Positions 17,257 through 27,273 are shown, counted from the stretch's first letter. The stretch: 52,049 bases of DNA from an uncultured Gammaproteobacteria bacterium (GCA_964390115.1 CAYMGT010000001.1:5426-57474); one strand, 5' to 3'. Program-made: numbers and translations. Notes: generated from the letters alone by a model not told the origin.

Positions 17257-18642
17257 CTAGTTAAAAACACTTGAAAAATAAGATAAAATTTCCTTTTCTG
17301 AGATTTTTTCTTGTTTCATACTATCTCTGTGTCTTATAGTAACTTCGCCTTTCTCCAAAGTATCAAAATCTACTGTTAAACAATAAGGAGTACCTATTTC
17401 ATCTTGACGTCTATATCTTTTACCAATATTTCCACTATCATCAAACTCGCACATATATTTACTTTTTAAAATATTAAAAATATCTCTAGCTTTTTTTACT
17501 AATTCTACTTTATTTTTTAGTAATGGAAAAATAGCTATCTTTATCGGACTCATTTTTTTATCCAACTTTAAAACAACTCTTGATTTTCCTTCACCCAAAT
17601 CTTCAAAAACATAAGCATCGCTAAGTAAAGCTAAAAAAGTTCTACCAACACCAGCTGAAGACTCTATTACATTAGGCATAAATTTTTCCTTACTTTTAGG
17701 ATCAGTATACTCTAAATTCTTTCCACTAAACTCACTGTGCCTTGATAAGTCCCAATCACCTCTAGCATGAATACCCTCTAACTCTTTAAATCCAAAGGGG
17801 TAGTTATATTCTATATCAAAAGCCTCTTTAGCATAAAAAACTAAATTTTCATGTTTATGCCAACGTAAATTTTTTTCTGAAATTCCAATATCTAAATAAA
17901 ATTTCCAACGTAAATTTTTTAAATCGTCATATTCCTTTACCATATTATTGGGGTTTATAAAGTACTGCATTTCCATTTGTTCAAATTCTCTAGTTCTAAA
18001 AATAAATTGCCTGGCAGTAATTTCATTTCTAAAAGCCTTACCTATTTGAGCTATGCCAAAAGGAATTTGCACCCGAGAAGTATCTAAAACATTTTTGTAA
18101 TTTACATAAATTCCTTGACAAGTTTCGCCTCGTAGATAAACTGGGTCTTTTTCTAAATCTCCTGTAAAATTACCTAAGTTTGACTGGACTAATAAATTAA
18201 ATTTTTTTAATTTAGAGAAAGTACTTGACTTGCAATGAGGACATTTAAGTTTATCTAAATTCTCACTAAATATATCTTGTATTTCAGGTAAATTCATTTT
18301 TTCATCAGCAAAAATTCCAATCTCCTCTAATAAACTATCGGCTCTTAGACGTGCCTGACACTTTTTACATTCCACCAATGGATCAGAAAAATTTTCAACA
18401 TGTCCACTAGCTTCCCAAACTTTTGGGCTCATAAAAATAGCTGAATCTAAACCAACTATATTTTCTCTTTCTTGAACCATGGTTTTAAGCCAATAATCTT
18501 TAATATTTCTAGACAATTCTACTCCATAAGGGCCCAAGTCATAAATAGCCGCTAAACCACCATAAATCTCAGATGAAGGATAAACAAAGCCTCGACGCTT
18601 AGCTAATGATATAATATCTTCTAATTTATTTTTTTCTATCAT
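17257..18642 (-). CDS. glyQS: Glycine--tRNA ligase (homodimeric alpha2 type)
   Basis: Class II motifs are present, including FRNEITARQFIFRTREFEQMEMQYF, plus a C-terminal anticodon-binding domain. 461 aa; the stop is TAG. Confidence 0.93.
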   Translation of the reverse strand: MIEKNKLEDIISLAKRRGFVYPSSEIYGGLAAIYDLGPYGVELSRNIKDYWLKTMVQERENIVGLDSAIFMSPKVWEASGHVENFSDPLVECKKCQARLRADSLLEEIGIFADEKMNLPEIQDIFSENLDKLKCPHCKSSTFSKLKKFNLLVQSNLGNFTGDLEKDPVYLRGETCQGIYVNYKNVLDTSRVQIPFGIAQIGKAFRNEITARQFIFRTREFEQMEMQYFINPNNMVKEYDDLKNLRWKFYLDIGISEKNLRWHKHENLVFYAKEAFDIEYNYPFGFKELEGIHARGDWDLSRHSEFSGKNLEYTDPKSKEKFMPNVIESSAGVGRTFLALLSDAYVFEDLGEGKSRVVLKLDKKMSPIKIAIFPLLKNKVELVKKARDIFNILKSKYMCEFDDSGNIGKRYRRQDEIGTPYCLTVDFDTLEKGEVTIRHRDSMKQEKISEKEILSYFSSVFN

Positions 18643-18663
18643 AAATTTAAATTAAAACTATAA

Positions 18664-20400
18664 TTACATTTCTTTAATTAAATAAAAACCCAACAAATTG
18701 GCTCCATTTTGTAAAACTTGAGAAATAGATTTAAGCATTTTTAATCTAGCCTGTTTTTCCTTAGTTAAAGATTTTAAAATAGGAACTTGATGATAATAAT
18801 CATTAAATAATTTACACAAGTCAAATAAATATTTTACAATTTCCGATGGATTATAGCTTAATCTAGCTTTTTCAACTACTTCAGGAAATTTAATTAACTG
18901 CCAGAATATTTCCTTTTCCAAGTCAAGACTTAAATAAGGACTAACCTTTTTCAATGTTTTAATTTTATCCACTTTCTTTAAAATACTATTTATCCTAGCA
19001 TAACTATAGTTAAGATAGAGAGCTGAATTACCATTAAAATTAACACTTTCATCTATGTCAAAAGAAAGATATTTAAAAGGGCTAATTTTTAAAAACGAAT
19101 ATTTGACACAACTAACAGTTAAATTCTCTAAAAGCTCTGGATAATTATCCATTTTAATTAACTTACTATCTGGCTTACTTTTAACGATCAAATCAATCTT
19201 TTTTTTAACTATATCTAAAACCTCTTCCGCTAAAACTACCTTACCTAAACGTGATGACATTTTTCCCTTTTTCAAACCAACAAACTCATAGGCATTATGA
19301 AACTGTTTGGCTTTAAATCTGTCTGGATCTAAAAGCTCTTGAACCTTGAAATTAACCTTAAAAAAACCAATTTGCTCTATAGCCACATTATGTAAACACA
19401 TATCTAATTTACCAAAATCAGTAAACTCACGATAAGCTAAACCTAGCTCTTTACCATCATAAGTTGGAAGTCCTTGAGAGTTTATAAAAACTCTGGTCTC
19501 TAGACCATATTTTTCTCCAGGAAAAATAACCGCCCCCTCACTTTCCTCTAATATTTTTTCATCTTGAGCCTTTTTTATATATTCTAGACAATCAATCATC
19601 ACTTCAGACTCCATGTACTCTCTATCAAAATGAGTATAAAGGCGTTTATATATTTGTTGAAACTTATCTAAACTCCATTTTTTACCAATTTCCCAAAGCT
19701 CCTGTATGAACTTATCCTTTTGTTTATAAATTTTTTCGTTTATTTCTTTAATTTCTTTTTTAGCATCTTCATTTTTTTCAAAAGCCTCAGCTCCTTTAGC
19801 GTAGCATTTACCCAACAGTTTTACTCTTTCATCACTGGAATCAGGATAATTTTCTGATTTTATCTCCTTAAAAGACCACAAGCATTTAGCAATATGCATT
19901 CCAACATCACCTTGATAATTAGTCCTTATAACCTTAGCTTTAGCAAACTCAAATAACCTTACTAAAGACTCACCTAAAACAATATTTCTTAAATGACCTA
20001 TATGAAAAACCTTAAAAGGATTAGGATGAGCAAATTCAATCATTATCCTCTGTGTTTTTAAATCTTTACTTCCCCCAAATTTTTCTTTTTCTCCTAAGAT
20101 ATCTTTAATCAAGTTATCTATAAAATAACTTTTATCTAAGAAAAAATTTAAATATGCCCCTTTCAATTTAACCTCTCTCACTCCATCAATATTAATTAAT
20201 TTAGATTTTAAACTACTACCTATTTGCTTAGGGTCTTTTTTTAAAGTTTTAGCTAGAGAAAAAAGAGCTAGACTGATATCACCCAAGTTGCTTTCTTGAG
20301 GGTAGTTTAGATCCTTATGCTCAATTTCTATATTTTGCTCTTTTAAAGCTTCGTTAATTCTCTGATAAATAGTTTGTTTAATGGTTGTAATAGTTTTCAT
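18664..20400 (-). CDS. argS: Arginine--tRNA ligase
   Basis: AHPNPFKVFHIGHLRN (HIGH region), GKMSSRLGKVV, a DALR-type C-terminal domain and a terminal Met. Confidence 0.9.
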   Translation of the reverse strand: MKTITTIKQTIYQRINEALKEQNIEIEHKDLNYPQESNLGDISLALFSLAKTLKKDPKQIGSSLKSKLINIDGVREVKLKGAYLNFFLDKSYFIDNLIKDILGEKEKFGGSKDLKTQRIMIEFAHPNPFKVFHIGHLRNIVLGESLVRLFEFAKAKVIRTNYQGDVGMHIAKCLWSFKEIKSENYPDSSDERVKLLGKCYAKGAEAFEKNEDAKKEIKEINEKIYKQKDKFIQELWEIGKKWSLDKFQQIYKRLYTHFDREYMESEVMIDCLEYIKKAQDEKILEESEGAVIFPGEKYGLETRVFINSQGLPTYDGKELGLAYREFTDFGKLDMCLHNVAIEQIGFFKVNFKVQELLDPDRFKAKQFHNAYEFVGLKKGKMSSRLGKVVLAEEVLDIVKKKIDLIVKSKPDSKLIKMDNYPELLENLTVSCVKYSFLKISPFKYLSFDIDESVNFNGNSALYLNYSYARINSILKKVDKIKTLKKVSPYLSLDLEKEIFWQLIKFPEVVEKARLSYNPSEIVKYLFDLCKLFNDYYHQVPILKSLTKEKQARLKMLKSISQVLQNGANLLGFYLIKEM

Positions 20401-20406
20401 AGATAA

Positions 20407-21075
20407 TTAATGTTTTAAACTAGCTTTAATCTCAATAGCTGTCTTGCGTTTAGAACGATAAAACTCCATTAGAATAAAGATTACTAGAGCTCCAGCAATA
20501 ATACCAAATACATTTATTATTAAGTATTCTAAAATTCTAAAAAATAAAAACCAACTTCTTTCTGCTAAAACTAAGCCAAGAGCTACTACAGGAGGAATTA
20601 AAGTTACTGTTACTGCTGTTCCGGGAAGTAATTTATCTAAACCTGGTTTAATCCAGCTATAACTTGCAGCCAAACCAGCTGTAAAGGCCACCACAAAAGC
20701 AAAAACAGATGGTCTCATAAGAGCAATTAAATCAACTCTATAAACATAAACTTTTACTGTAAGTCCCAATAAAAAAGAGATTAAAAAACCAAGAAATACA
20801 GCTAAAATAAAAACCTTAACTGACCTAAAAAGCAGTTTTTGCTCATTGGTAACTACTCCCAAAGCAATAGCCAAAACTGGACTTAAAAGTGGAGTAACCA
20901 GCATGCCACCAATTACTAAAATAAGATTATTAGCCGCTAGGCCAAAAGCTACTATTAAAGACGATAAAAATACTAAAAAATAGAAATCAACATTAGGAGA
21001 GCTGGAGTCAATTACTTTGCAGACAAATTTACTTCTATCAGCTTGATTGATTTTAAATAATGACTTTAAAAACAT
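20407..21075 (-). CDS. DUF389-family integral membrane protein
   Basis: LIVAFGLAANNLILVIGGMLVTPLLSPVLAIALGVV matches the conserved DUF389 core; several TM helices are present. Confidence 0.5.
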   Translation of the reverse strand: MFLKSLFKINQADRSKFVCKVIDSSSPNVDFYFLVFLSSLIVAFGLAANNLILVIGGMLVTPLLSPVLAIALGVVTNEQKLLFRSVKVFILAVFLGFLISFLLGLTVKVYVYRVDLIALMRPSVFAFVVAFTAGLAASYSWIKPGLDKLLPGTAVTVTLIPPVVALGLVLAERSWFLFFRILEYLIINVFGIIAGALVIFILMEFYRSKRKTAIEIKASLKH

Positions 21076-21167
21076 ATTTTTTTATATTATATTAATCTTA
21101 TTTTATATTATTTATTTACATTTAGCAATTGAACACCCGCCCAAACAAATTAAACTTATCTATATAA

Positions 21168-21197
21168 TTGGCAAACGCCCTATTTTTATGATATAAT
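21168..21197 (+). promoter_or_regulatory. Putative promoter for the 21248 gene
   Basis: TTGGCA (21168-21173), an 18-nt spacer, then TGa-TATAAT (21192-21197). Confidence 0.3.
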
Positions 21198-21247
21198 TAT
21201 TTTACAATTAATAAAGGCTTTTAGCCAATAATTTAAGTTTTAAAAAT

Positions 21248-22222
21248 ATGTTCTCTTATCGAAAAATTTTGCGTCAAGCCATTGATACTACCTGGAAAAA
21301 CAAATATCTTTGGTTTTTTGGTCTCTTTGCCACTTTAGTTGGTACAGGCGGAGAATACCAACTATTAAACAATATTTCTGAAAATGATGGAGAAAAAATG
21401 TTTTTTAAACTTAGTTCAAGTCCACTTTTTGATGCTGGTACTTGGAGTAATTTATTCTCTTATTTTTCTTCAGATTATTGGCAAGCTATGTCTTCAGTTA
21501 TTTTATTAGTAGTAATAGCATCTTTAGCAATTTTTATTTTAATTCTTTCCGTTACCTCTCAAGGGGCCTTAGTACATCAAACAGAAAAAATTATTAATAA
21601 AAAAAATAAAGATATTAATTTAAGTTCTGGAACTTTAGCAGGACAAAAGCATTTTTGGCCAGTTTTAGCTATAAATATTGGTTTAAAAATTGTTATATCT
21701 TTAATGTTTGCTCTTATAGCTATACCAATTATTTTTTCAGGCGGGTCTGGTCTAACTATGGTAATTTATGTTATTTTATTTCTACTGTTTATACCTATTA
21801 TTATAGGTTTTTCTTTAATTGCTCGCTACGCAATTTCTTATATAGTTATAAAAAAGAATAAATTATCTGAAGCTTTAGACAATGCTTGGTATTTGTTTAA
21901 AAAAAATTGGCTAGTTAGTATAGAAATGGCTATAATTTTAGTTCTAATAAATATTCTGTTCGCTCTTGCGGTGGTAATTCTAATTTTCTTAATCAGTGCT
22001 CCTTTTCTTATTTTGTCTATTATGTTCTCTGGTTTTGCTATTTTTTGGTTATTTGCTTTTCTTGGTATAGTTATACTATTTCTTTCTATAATCACCTTTG
22101 GTTCTATGATTACAACTTTTCAAATTAGTGCTTGGACTATCTTATTTTTAAGCTTACTGGGGAAGAAAGGAAAAAGTAAAATTAAACGCCTTAAAGATAA
22201 AGAAAAGGGACTTAAAAAATAA
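21248..22222 (+). CDS. Hypothetical polytopic membrane protein
   Basis: 324 aa with multiple long hydrophobic segments and a basic C-terminal tail. I recognise no family. Confidence 0.55.
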   Translation: MFSYRKILRQAIDTTWKNKYLWFFGLFATLVGTGGEYQLLNNISENDGEKMFFKLSSSPLFDAGTWSNLFSYFSSDYWQAMSSVILLVVIASLAIFILILSVTSQGALVHQTEKIINKKNKDINLSSGTLAGQKHFWPVLAINIGLKIVISLMFALIAIPIIFSGGSGLTMVIYVILFLLFIPIIIGFSLIARYAISYIVIKKNKLSEALDNAWYLFKKNWLVSIEMAIILVLINILFALAVVILIFLISAPFLILSIMFSGFAIFWLFAFLGIVILFLSIITFGSMITTFQISAWTILFLSLLGKKGKSKIKRLKDKEKGLKK

Positions 22223-22284
22223 TAGCAAGAAGTTTCTTTAAAAGATAAAATAATCGATAATGATATCGATTATTTTGCTTAGTA

Positions 22285-25200
22285 ATGTTAAAAAATATGC
22301 CTAGCAATTATGTTTCTATTGAAGATTTACTAGATAAAAATGATATCGATGAAGATAGCATTCAAGGTAAACTCATCAGAAAACAAAAAGAGATAAAAAT
22401 TAAAGAAATGGAAGATAAGACTAAAGCGGTTGCCCAAACCGCAGGTTTAGACTATGTTGACCTGTTTGGTTTTCCTATAAATTCAGAAGCAATATCTTTA
22501 ATTTCTGAAATTGATGCAGAAGAAAAAAAAGTGCTTTGTTTTTTTTATGATGGCAAAAGAATTAGGTTAGCAACAACTGATCCTTCAGCTAAAAAAGCTC
22601 TGGTAATAATGAAAAAGATAAATAAAAAATATTACACTGAAGGAAAAATATACTTAATCTCTCAACATAGTTTTGAATACGGCATAGAAGCTTATTCTAA
22701 AATATCTAAGGTAAAAAGATATGAAGGAGGAGTTGAAATACATCCTGAAGATTTAGATAAATTTAAAAATGACATAGAAAATTATAAGAGTCTTAATACT
22801 AAAGTCAACGAAGTAAATATCTCTGATATAATAACTTTAATACTTGCCACGGCTTTAAAAGTTAAGGTAAGTGATATTCATATAGAAGCTGAGTCTGCAG
22901 GGGTAGAAATACGCTTTAGAATTGATGGCGTGCTTCAAGAAGCAGCAGTAATAAATAAAGATAAATGGAAAAAAATAATCTCACGTTTAAAATTACTAGC
23001 TGGCGTAAAAATTAATATTGAGGGTAAACCTCAAGATGGACGTTTTAACATTGCTATGCCAGAAGAAAAAATTGACGTAAGAGCTTCTTTTCTTCCCACT
23101 GCTTACGGGGAAAGTGTAGTTTTAAGAATACTTAGATCTGGAGCTGCTCAAATGTCTTTTGAAGACTTGGGTATAAGAAAACAAGTTTATGATATTTTAG
23201 AAAGAGAAATTAAAAAACCTAATGGTTTAGTTTTGACCACTGGTCCTACAGGATCAGGAAAAACTACTACTTTATATGCTATTTTAAATAAACTTAACTT
23301 ACCCGGAACTAAGATAATCACTCTAGAAGATCCGATTGAATATCAGCTAAAAGGAATTAATCAAAGTCAAGTCAATAGCAAAAAGGGCTATACCTTCGCC
23401 AATGGTCTTAGATCTATTTTAAGACAAGACCCTAACATTGTTATGGTTGGAGAAATTAGAGATTTAGAAACCGCTGAAATTTCAGTTCAAGCTTCTTTAA
23501 CTGGTCACTTAGTTCTCTCTACTCTACACACCAATGACGCCTCAGGCGTTATTCCTCGCCTTATTGACATGGGAGTAAAACCTTATTTTTTAGTACCCTC
23601 TATAAACGCTGTAATTGGTCAAAGGTTAGTAAGGAAATTGTGTTCTCATTGCCAAGAAGAACATAAATTAAATGAAGAAGAATTAGAAACAGTTAAAAAG
23701 ATCTTAGCTGTTATATCTCCTAAGGCTCAAGTTGATGTGCCATCAAAATTACCTCCTCTGCACAAAGCCTCTAAAGAAGGTTGCGAGCAATGTAATTTCA
23801 CTGGATATAACGGTAGATTAGGAATCTATGAAATATTTTTAATGACCGACAGAATTAAGGAATTAACCATAAATTTAGCACCTGCTTTTAAAATTATGCA
23901 AGAAGCTATTCAAAGTGGAATGCTCACCATGCTTCAAGATGGAATTTTAAAATGTTTAGAAGGTAAAACTAGTTTAGAAGAGATTTATAGAGTAAGTGGT
24001 GATGTTGACTATATTAATGAGCTTTATGATATTGTTATTTCTGAAACTATTGGCAGAGGTATTAAAATAAGAGAAGAAGATGCTAAGGAAGCTAAGGATT
24101 TAAGCAATAATTTAGAAAAAGTTTCAACAGCCTTTGAAAATACTCCTACTGACAAGATATTTAATCTTATTCTGGCGATGGCCCTAGAAGCAGGTGCTGG
24201 TGATATGCATATTGAACCGACTGATAAACAGGTTAAAGTTAGATTTAGAATAGATGGAGTGCTTCATGATATCGTTGAATTAGATAAAAGTCATTACCTG
24301 CCCCTACTATCACAAGTTAAAATACTAATAGGTGTCGCTACTAATGAAAAAAAAGCTACCATTGATGGTCGTTTCACTATTTATTTACCCGATAAAAAAT
24401 CTGACAGTAGAGTATCTATTATTTCCGGAGGCTATGGCGAGACCATCGTTATTCGCTTATTATCCAACCAAGCAGTTAATCTACAATTAGACAATCTAGG
24501 CATCTCTAAATATTCACTAGAACCTTTAACACGATCGACCTCTAAAACCAAAGGTATTATAATTACTACCGGTCCCACAGGATCAGGAAAAACAACTACT
24601 CTTTATGCTATACTTAATCAATTAAACAAACCTGATGTCAAAATTATTACCGTTGAAGATCCTATTGAATATCAAATGGCAGGATTAATGCAAACTCAAA
24701 TTAATTCCAAGGAAGGCTATACTTTCGCCGCCGCCATGAAATCTCTGCTCCGTCAAAACCCTAACATTATGATGATTGGAGAAATTAGAGACGAGGAAAC
24801 TGCTAACATTGCTGTAGAAGCCTCTTTAACGGGTCATTTAGTTCTCTCAACTTTACACGCCAATAGTGCCGCTGGGGCTATAAGTCGTTTAGCGGGGCTA
24901 GGAATTTCTCGTCAACTTTTAGCCAGTTCAATGGAGTGTTCAATTGGACAAAGGCTAGTGAGAAAAGTCTGTGAATACTGTAAAGAGGAAATTGAAATTA
25001 CAAACGAGCAGAGAGAAAAAATAGATATGATATTACAAACTTTTCCTGATAAATCTAAGCACAACTTAGACAAAGAATTAAAATTTTTTAAAGGTAAGGG
25101 TTGTAGTCATTGTAATAATATAGGCTATAAAGGGCGTCTGGGCATTTATGAAATCATGGAAATGTCTCCTGAAATTAAAAAAGCCATGCAATCACAAGAA

Positions 25201-25326
25201 GTTATAGACTACGAAATAGAACAAATTGCCCTTAAAAATGGCATGATAAACGTAATACAAGATGGTTTAATTAAAGCCTCAAAGGGTTTAACTAGTCTAG
25301 ATGAGATATTTAGAATTTTACAATAA
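22285..25326 (+). CDS. Tandem-fused PilB/GspE-family type II/IV secretion ATPase (two full ATPase modules)
   Basis: Module 1 has a T2SSE_N-like domain, then GPTGSGKTTTLYAILNKL, ITLEDPIEYQ, IVMVGEIRD, LTGHLVLSTLHTNDA and CSHC...CEQC. Module 2 has GPTGSGKTTTLYAILNQL, ITVEDPIEYQ, IMMIGEIRD, LTGHLVLSTLHANSA and CEYC...CSHC. It is one uninterrupted ORF. Confidence 0.9.
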   Translation: MLKNMPSNYVSIEDLLDKNDIDEDSIQGKLIRKQKEIKIKEMEDKTKAVAQTAGLDYVDLFGFPINSEAISLISEIDAEEKKVLCFFYDGKRIRLATTDPSAKKALVIMKKINKKYYTEGKIYLISQHSFEYGIEAYSKISKVKRYEGGVEIHPEDLDKFKNDIENYKSLNTKVNEVNISDIITLILATALKVKVSDIHIEAESAGVEIRFRIDGVLQEAAVINKDKWKKIISRLKLLAGVKINIEGKPQDGRFNIAMPEEKIDVRASFLPTAYGESVVLRILRSGAAQMSFEDLGIRKQVYDILEREIKKPNGLVLTTGPTGSGKTTTLYAILNKLNLPGTKIITLEDPIEYQLKGINQSQVNSKKGYTFANGLRSILRQDPNIVMVGEIRDLETAEISVQASLTGHLVLSTLHTNDASGVIPRLIDMGVKPYFLVPSINAVIGQRLVRKLCSHCQEEHKLNEEELETVKKILAVISPKAQVDVPSKLPPLHKASKEGCEQCNFTGYNGRLGIYEIFLMTDRIKELTINLAPAFKIMQEAIQSGMLTMLQDGILKCLEGKTSLEEIYRVSGDVDYINELYDIVISETIGRGIKIREEDAKEAKDLSNNLEKVSTAFENTPTDKIFNLILAMALEAGAGDMHIEPTDKQVKVRFRIDGVLHDIVELDKSHYLPLLSQVKILIGVATNEKKATIDGRFTIYLPDKKSDSRVSIISGGYGETIVIRLLSNQAVNLQLDNLGISKYSLEPLTRSTSKTKGIIITTGPTGSGKTTTLYAILNQLNKPDVKIITVEDPIEYQMAGLMQTQINSKEGYTFAAAMKSLLRQNPNIMMIGEIRDEETANIAVEASLTGHLVLSTLHANSAAGAISRLAGLGISRQLLASSMECSIGQRLVRKVCEYCKEEIEITNEQREKIDMILQTFPDKSKHNLDKELKFFKGKGCSHCNNIGYKGRLGIYEIMEMSPEIKKAMQSQEVIDYEIEQIALKNGMINVIQDGLIKASKGLTSLDEIFRILQ

Positions 25327-25347
25327 AAAAATTAACATAGAATTATT

Positions 25348-25917
25348 ATGATAAACGTTTCTTTCGTAAATAAGCTTAAAAAATCATACAAAGATAAAGA
25401 ACAAGAAAGATTTAAAATAATAAACTTGAGCAATCCCTTACTTCATGATTCTAAAAGAATAATTTTTGCTTTACATAGATTAGAAATAGAAAAAGCTAAA
25501 AAAGAATTAATAAAAATAGAAAATTATTTAAAAAAACTACAAAAACAACTAGGTGCTCCTAGACTAGAACAAGAAGGTTCATATAAAGCAGCTATGGAAG
25601 AATATTTAGAAGCAAAGTTTTTTTATAGCTGGCAAACTGGTGAGACCATTAATCAGATTAAAGACTTACAAATTAGTCACGAATCATATTTAGGGGCTCT
25701 ATCAGATTTATGTGGAGAAATTGCTCGCTACTCTATTAATCAAGCAGCTAAGAAAAATTATTCCGCAGTAGACAAGGCCTATAGAGACGTTTCAAAAATA
25801 CTTTCATATTTAACCGAATTTGACTTTACCGCTTATCTTAGAACTAAATATGATCAAGCTAGAGGGCATCTAAGGAAAATTGAACAAATAAATTACGATA
25901 TAAATATTAGAAAATAA
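25348..25917 (+). CDS. Translin/TRAX-family protein
   Basis: HESYLGALSDLCGEIARYSINQAAKKNY and LRTKYDQARGHLRKIEQINYDINIR align without gaps to the two most conserved translin-family blocks (human translin VEDYLSGVLILASELSRLSVNSVTAGDY and LRKRYDGLKYDVKKVEEVVYDLSIR, from memory). Confidence 0.75.
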   Translation: MINVSFVNKLKKSYKDKEQERFKIINLSNPLLHDSKRIIFALHRLEIEKAKKELIKIENYLKKLQKQLGAPRLEQEGSYKAAMEEYLEAKFFYSWQTGETINQIKDLQISHESYLGALSDLCGEIARYSINQAAKKNYSAVDKAYRDVSKILSYLTEFDFTAYLRTKYDQARGHLRKIEQINYDINIRK

Positions 25918-25918
25918 C

Positions 25919-26413
25919 ATGCAAATTGCTATTATCTCAGATATTCATGATAATTTAGAAAATTTGCATAAATTTTTGAATTGGGCTAATAAAGAGAAAG
26001 TATCGACGATTTTATGTGCAGGAGATATTACTAACGAAGAAACAGTTAAAACATTAGCTGAGAAATTCTTGGGAACTATATACTTAATTGCTGGCAATGC
26101 AGAACTTTATGATCCTAAAATTTTAAATGATAATAAAAATGTGATTTATTTAGGTAGAAATGGTATTTTTACAATTGCAGGTTATATTATAGGACTATGC
26201 CATGAACCGTATTTTATTGATCAATTACTAGAGAAAAGACCAGATCTAGAAATAATTTTTTACGGTCACACTCATAAACCCTGGCTAGAAGAAAGGGAAG
26301 GTATTAAGGTTATTAATCCAGGTACTTTGGGTGGAGTTTTTTATAAACCAACTTTTGCTATTTGGGATAATGAAAAAGAAAAAATAGAATTAAAAATCTT
26401 AGATTTAATTTAA
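25919..26413 (+). CDS. YfcE/MJ0936-family metallophosphoesterase
   Basis: MQIAIISDIHDN, CAGDIT, GNAE, GHTHKP and INPGT are the calcineurin-like phosphoesterase motifs; 164 aa. Confidence 0.8.
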   Translation: MQIAIISDIHDNLENLHKFLNWANKEKVSTILCAGDITNEETVKTLAEKFLGTIYLIAGNAELYDPKILNDNKNVIYLGRNGIFTIAGYIIGLCHEPYFIDQLLEKRPDLEIIFYGHTHKPWLEEREGIKVINPGTLGGVFYKPTFAIWDNEKEKIELKILDLI

Positions 26414-26418
26414 TTACT

Positions 26419-27198
26419 ATGTTGCAAAAAAAAATGATTTCCACTGCTTTAAAAGCAGTTAAAAAATCAGGTAAAATGCTTATTATAGAATATGAAAACT
26501 TTAATAGAAATAGAGTTAGTTTTAAAGCTAGTAACGAAATAGTTACAAAAGCTGATTTAAAATCAGAAAAAATTATAATCTCTGCTCTTAAAGAAGTTTT
26601 TCCGAAACACAAAGTGCTAGCTGAGGAATCAGGCATGAGTAAAAATAAGTCTGATTATTTGTGGATACTAGATCCAATTGATGGCACAACAAACTTTTCT
26701 ATGCATAATCCTCTCTGGTCCATTTCTTTAGCTTTAGCATACAAAGAAGAAATTATTTTTGGAATAGTGTATCTACCCTATTTAAAAGAAATTTTTATCG
26801 CTCAAAAAGACGCTGGGGCAACATTGAATAATAAAGGCATTAGAGTTTCTCAAAATATTAAAAACAATGTAATAAATACTTACTGTCACGCCCGAGATAA
26901 AAAGTATTTAAATAAAGCTGTAAATTATTATAACCGACAAAAAATGCAAGGTTTAGACTGCAGACAGTTAGGAAGTGCTGCTATTGAGCTGGCTTATGTT
27001 GCTTGTGGTAGAGTGGAGTCTATTACTATTCCTGGAGCTAATAGCTGGGATGTGGCCGCGGGAGCGCTTTTAGTTCAAGAAGCAGGTGGAAAAGTAAGTG
27101 ATTTCAAAGATAATTTATGGAATTTAAAGAGTGAGGATATTATTGCTTCTAATGGAAAAGTTCACTCACAAATAATTAAGATTTTAAAACAAAATTAA
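26419..27198 (+). CDS. Inositol monophosphatase family protein (SuhB-like)
   Basis: LAEESG, WILDPIDGTTNF and WDVAAG motifs are present. Confidence 0.85.
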   Translation: MLQKKMISTALKAVKKSGKMLIIEYENFNRNRVSFKASNEIVTKADLKSEKIIISALKEVFPKHKVLAEESGMSKNKSDYLWILDPIDGTTNFSMHNPLWSISLALAYKEEIIFGIVYLPYLKEIFIAQKDAGATLNNKGIRVSQNIKNNVINTYCHARDKKYLNKAVNYYNRQKMQGLDCRQLGSAAIELAYVACGRVESITIPGANSWDVAAGALLVQEAGGKVSDFKDNLWNLKSEDIIASNGKVHSQIIKILKQN

Positions 27199-27243
27199 AA
27201 GCTTTAAAAAATAAAAGTAAATTAGAAATAATTATTAATACAA

Positions 27244-27273
27244 AACCCGACATTTTAAATCGGGTTAATTTTT
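27244..27273. terminator. Bidirectional intrinsic terminator between convergent genes
   Basis: AACCCGA 27244-27250 pairs with TCGGGTT 27260-27266, with an A run upstream and a T run downstream. Confidence 0.55.

Noticed and set aside
21655-22095. ORFs 21655-21861 (+, alternative frame) and 21838-22095 (-) within the membrane-protein gene; likewise 9585-9773, 10660-10935, 12141-12323, 26358-26636, 30393-30581, 34831-35034, 39730-39921, 40357-40677, 43188-43443, 44656-44889 and 49678-49911
   Set aside because: All are nested in, or antisense to, longer ORFs with clear family assignments or consistent membrane-protein character.
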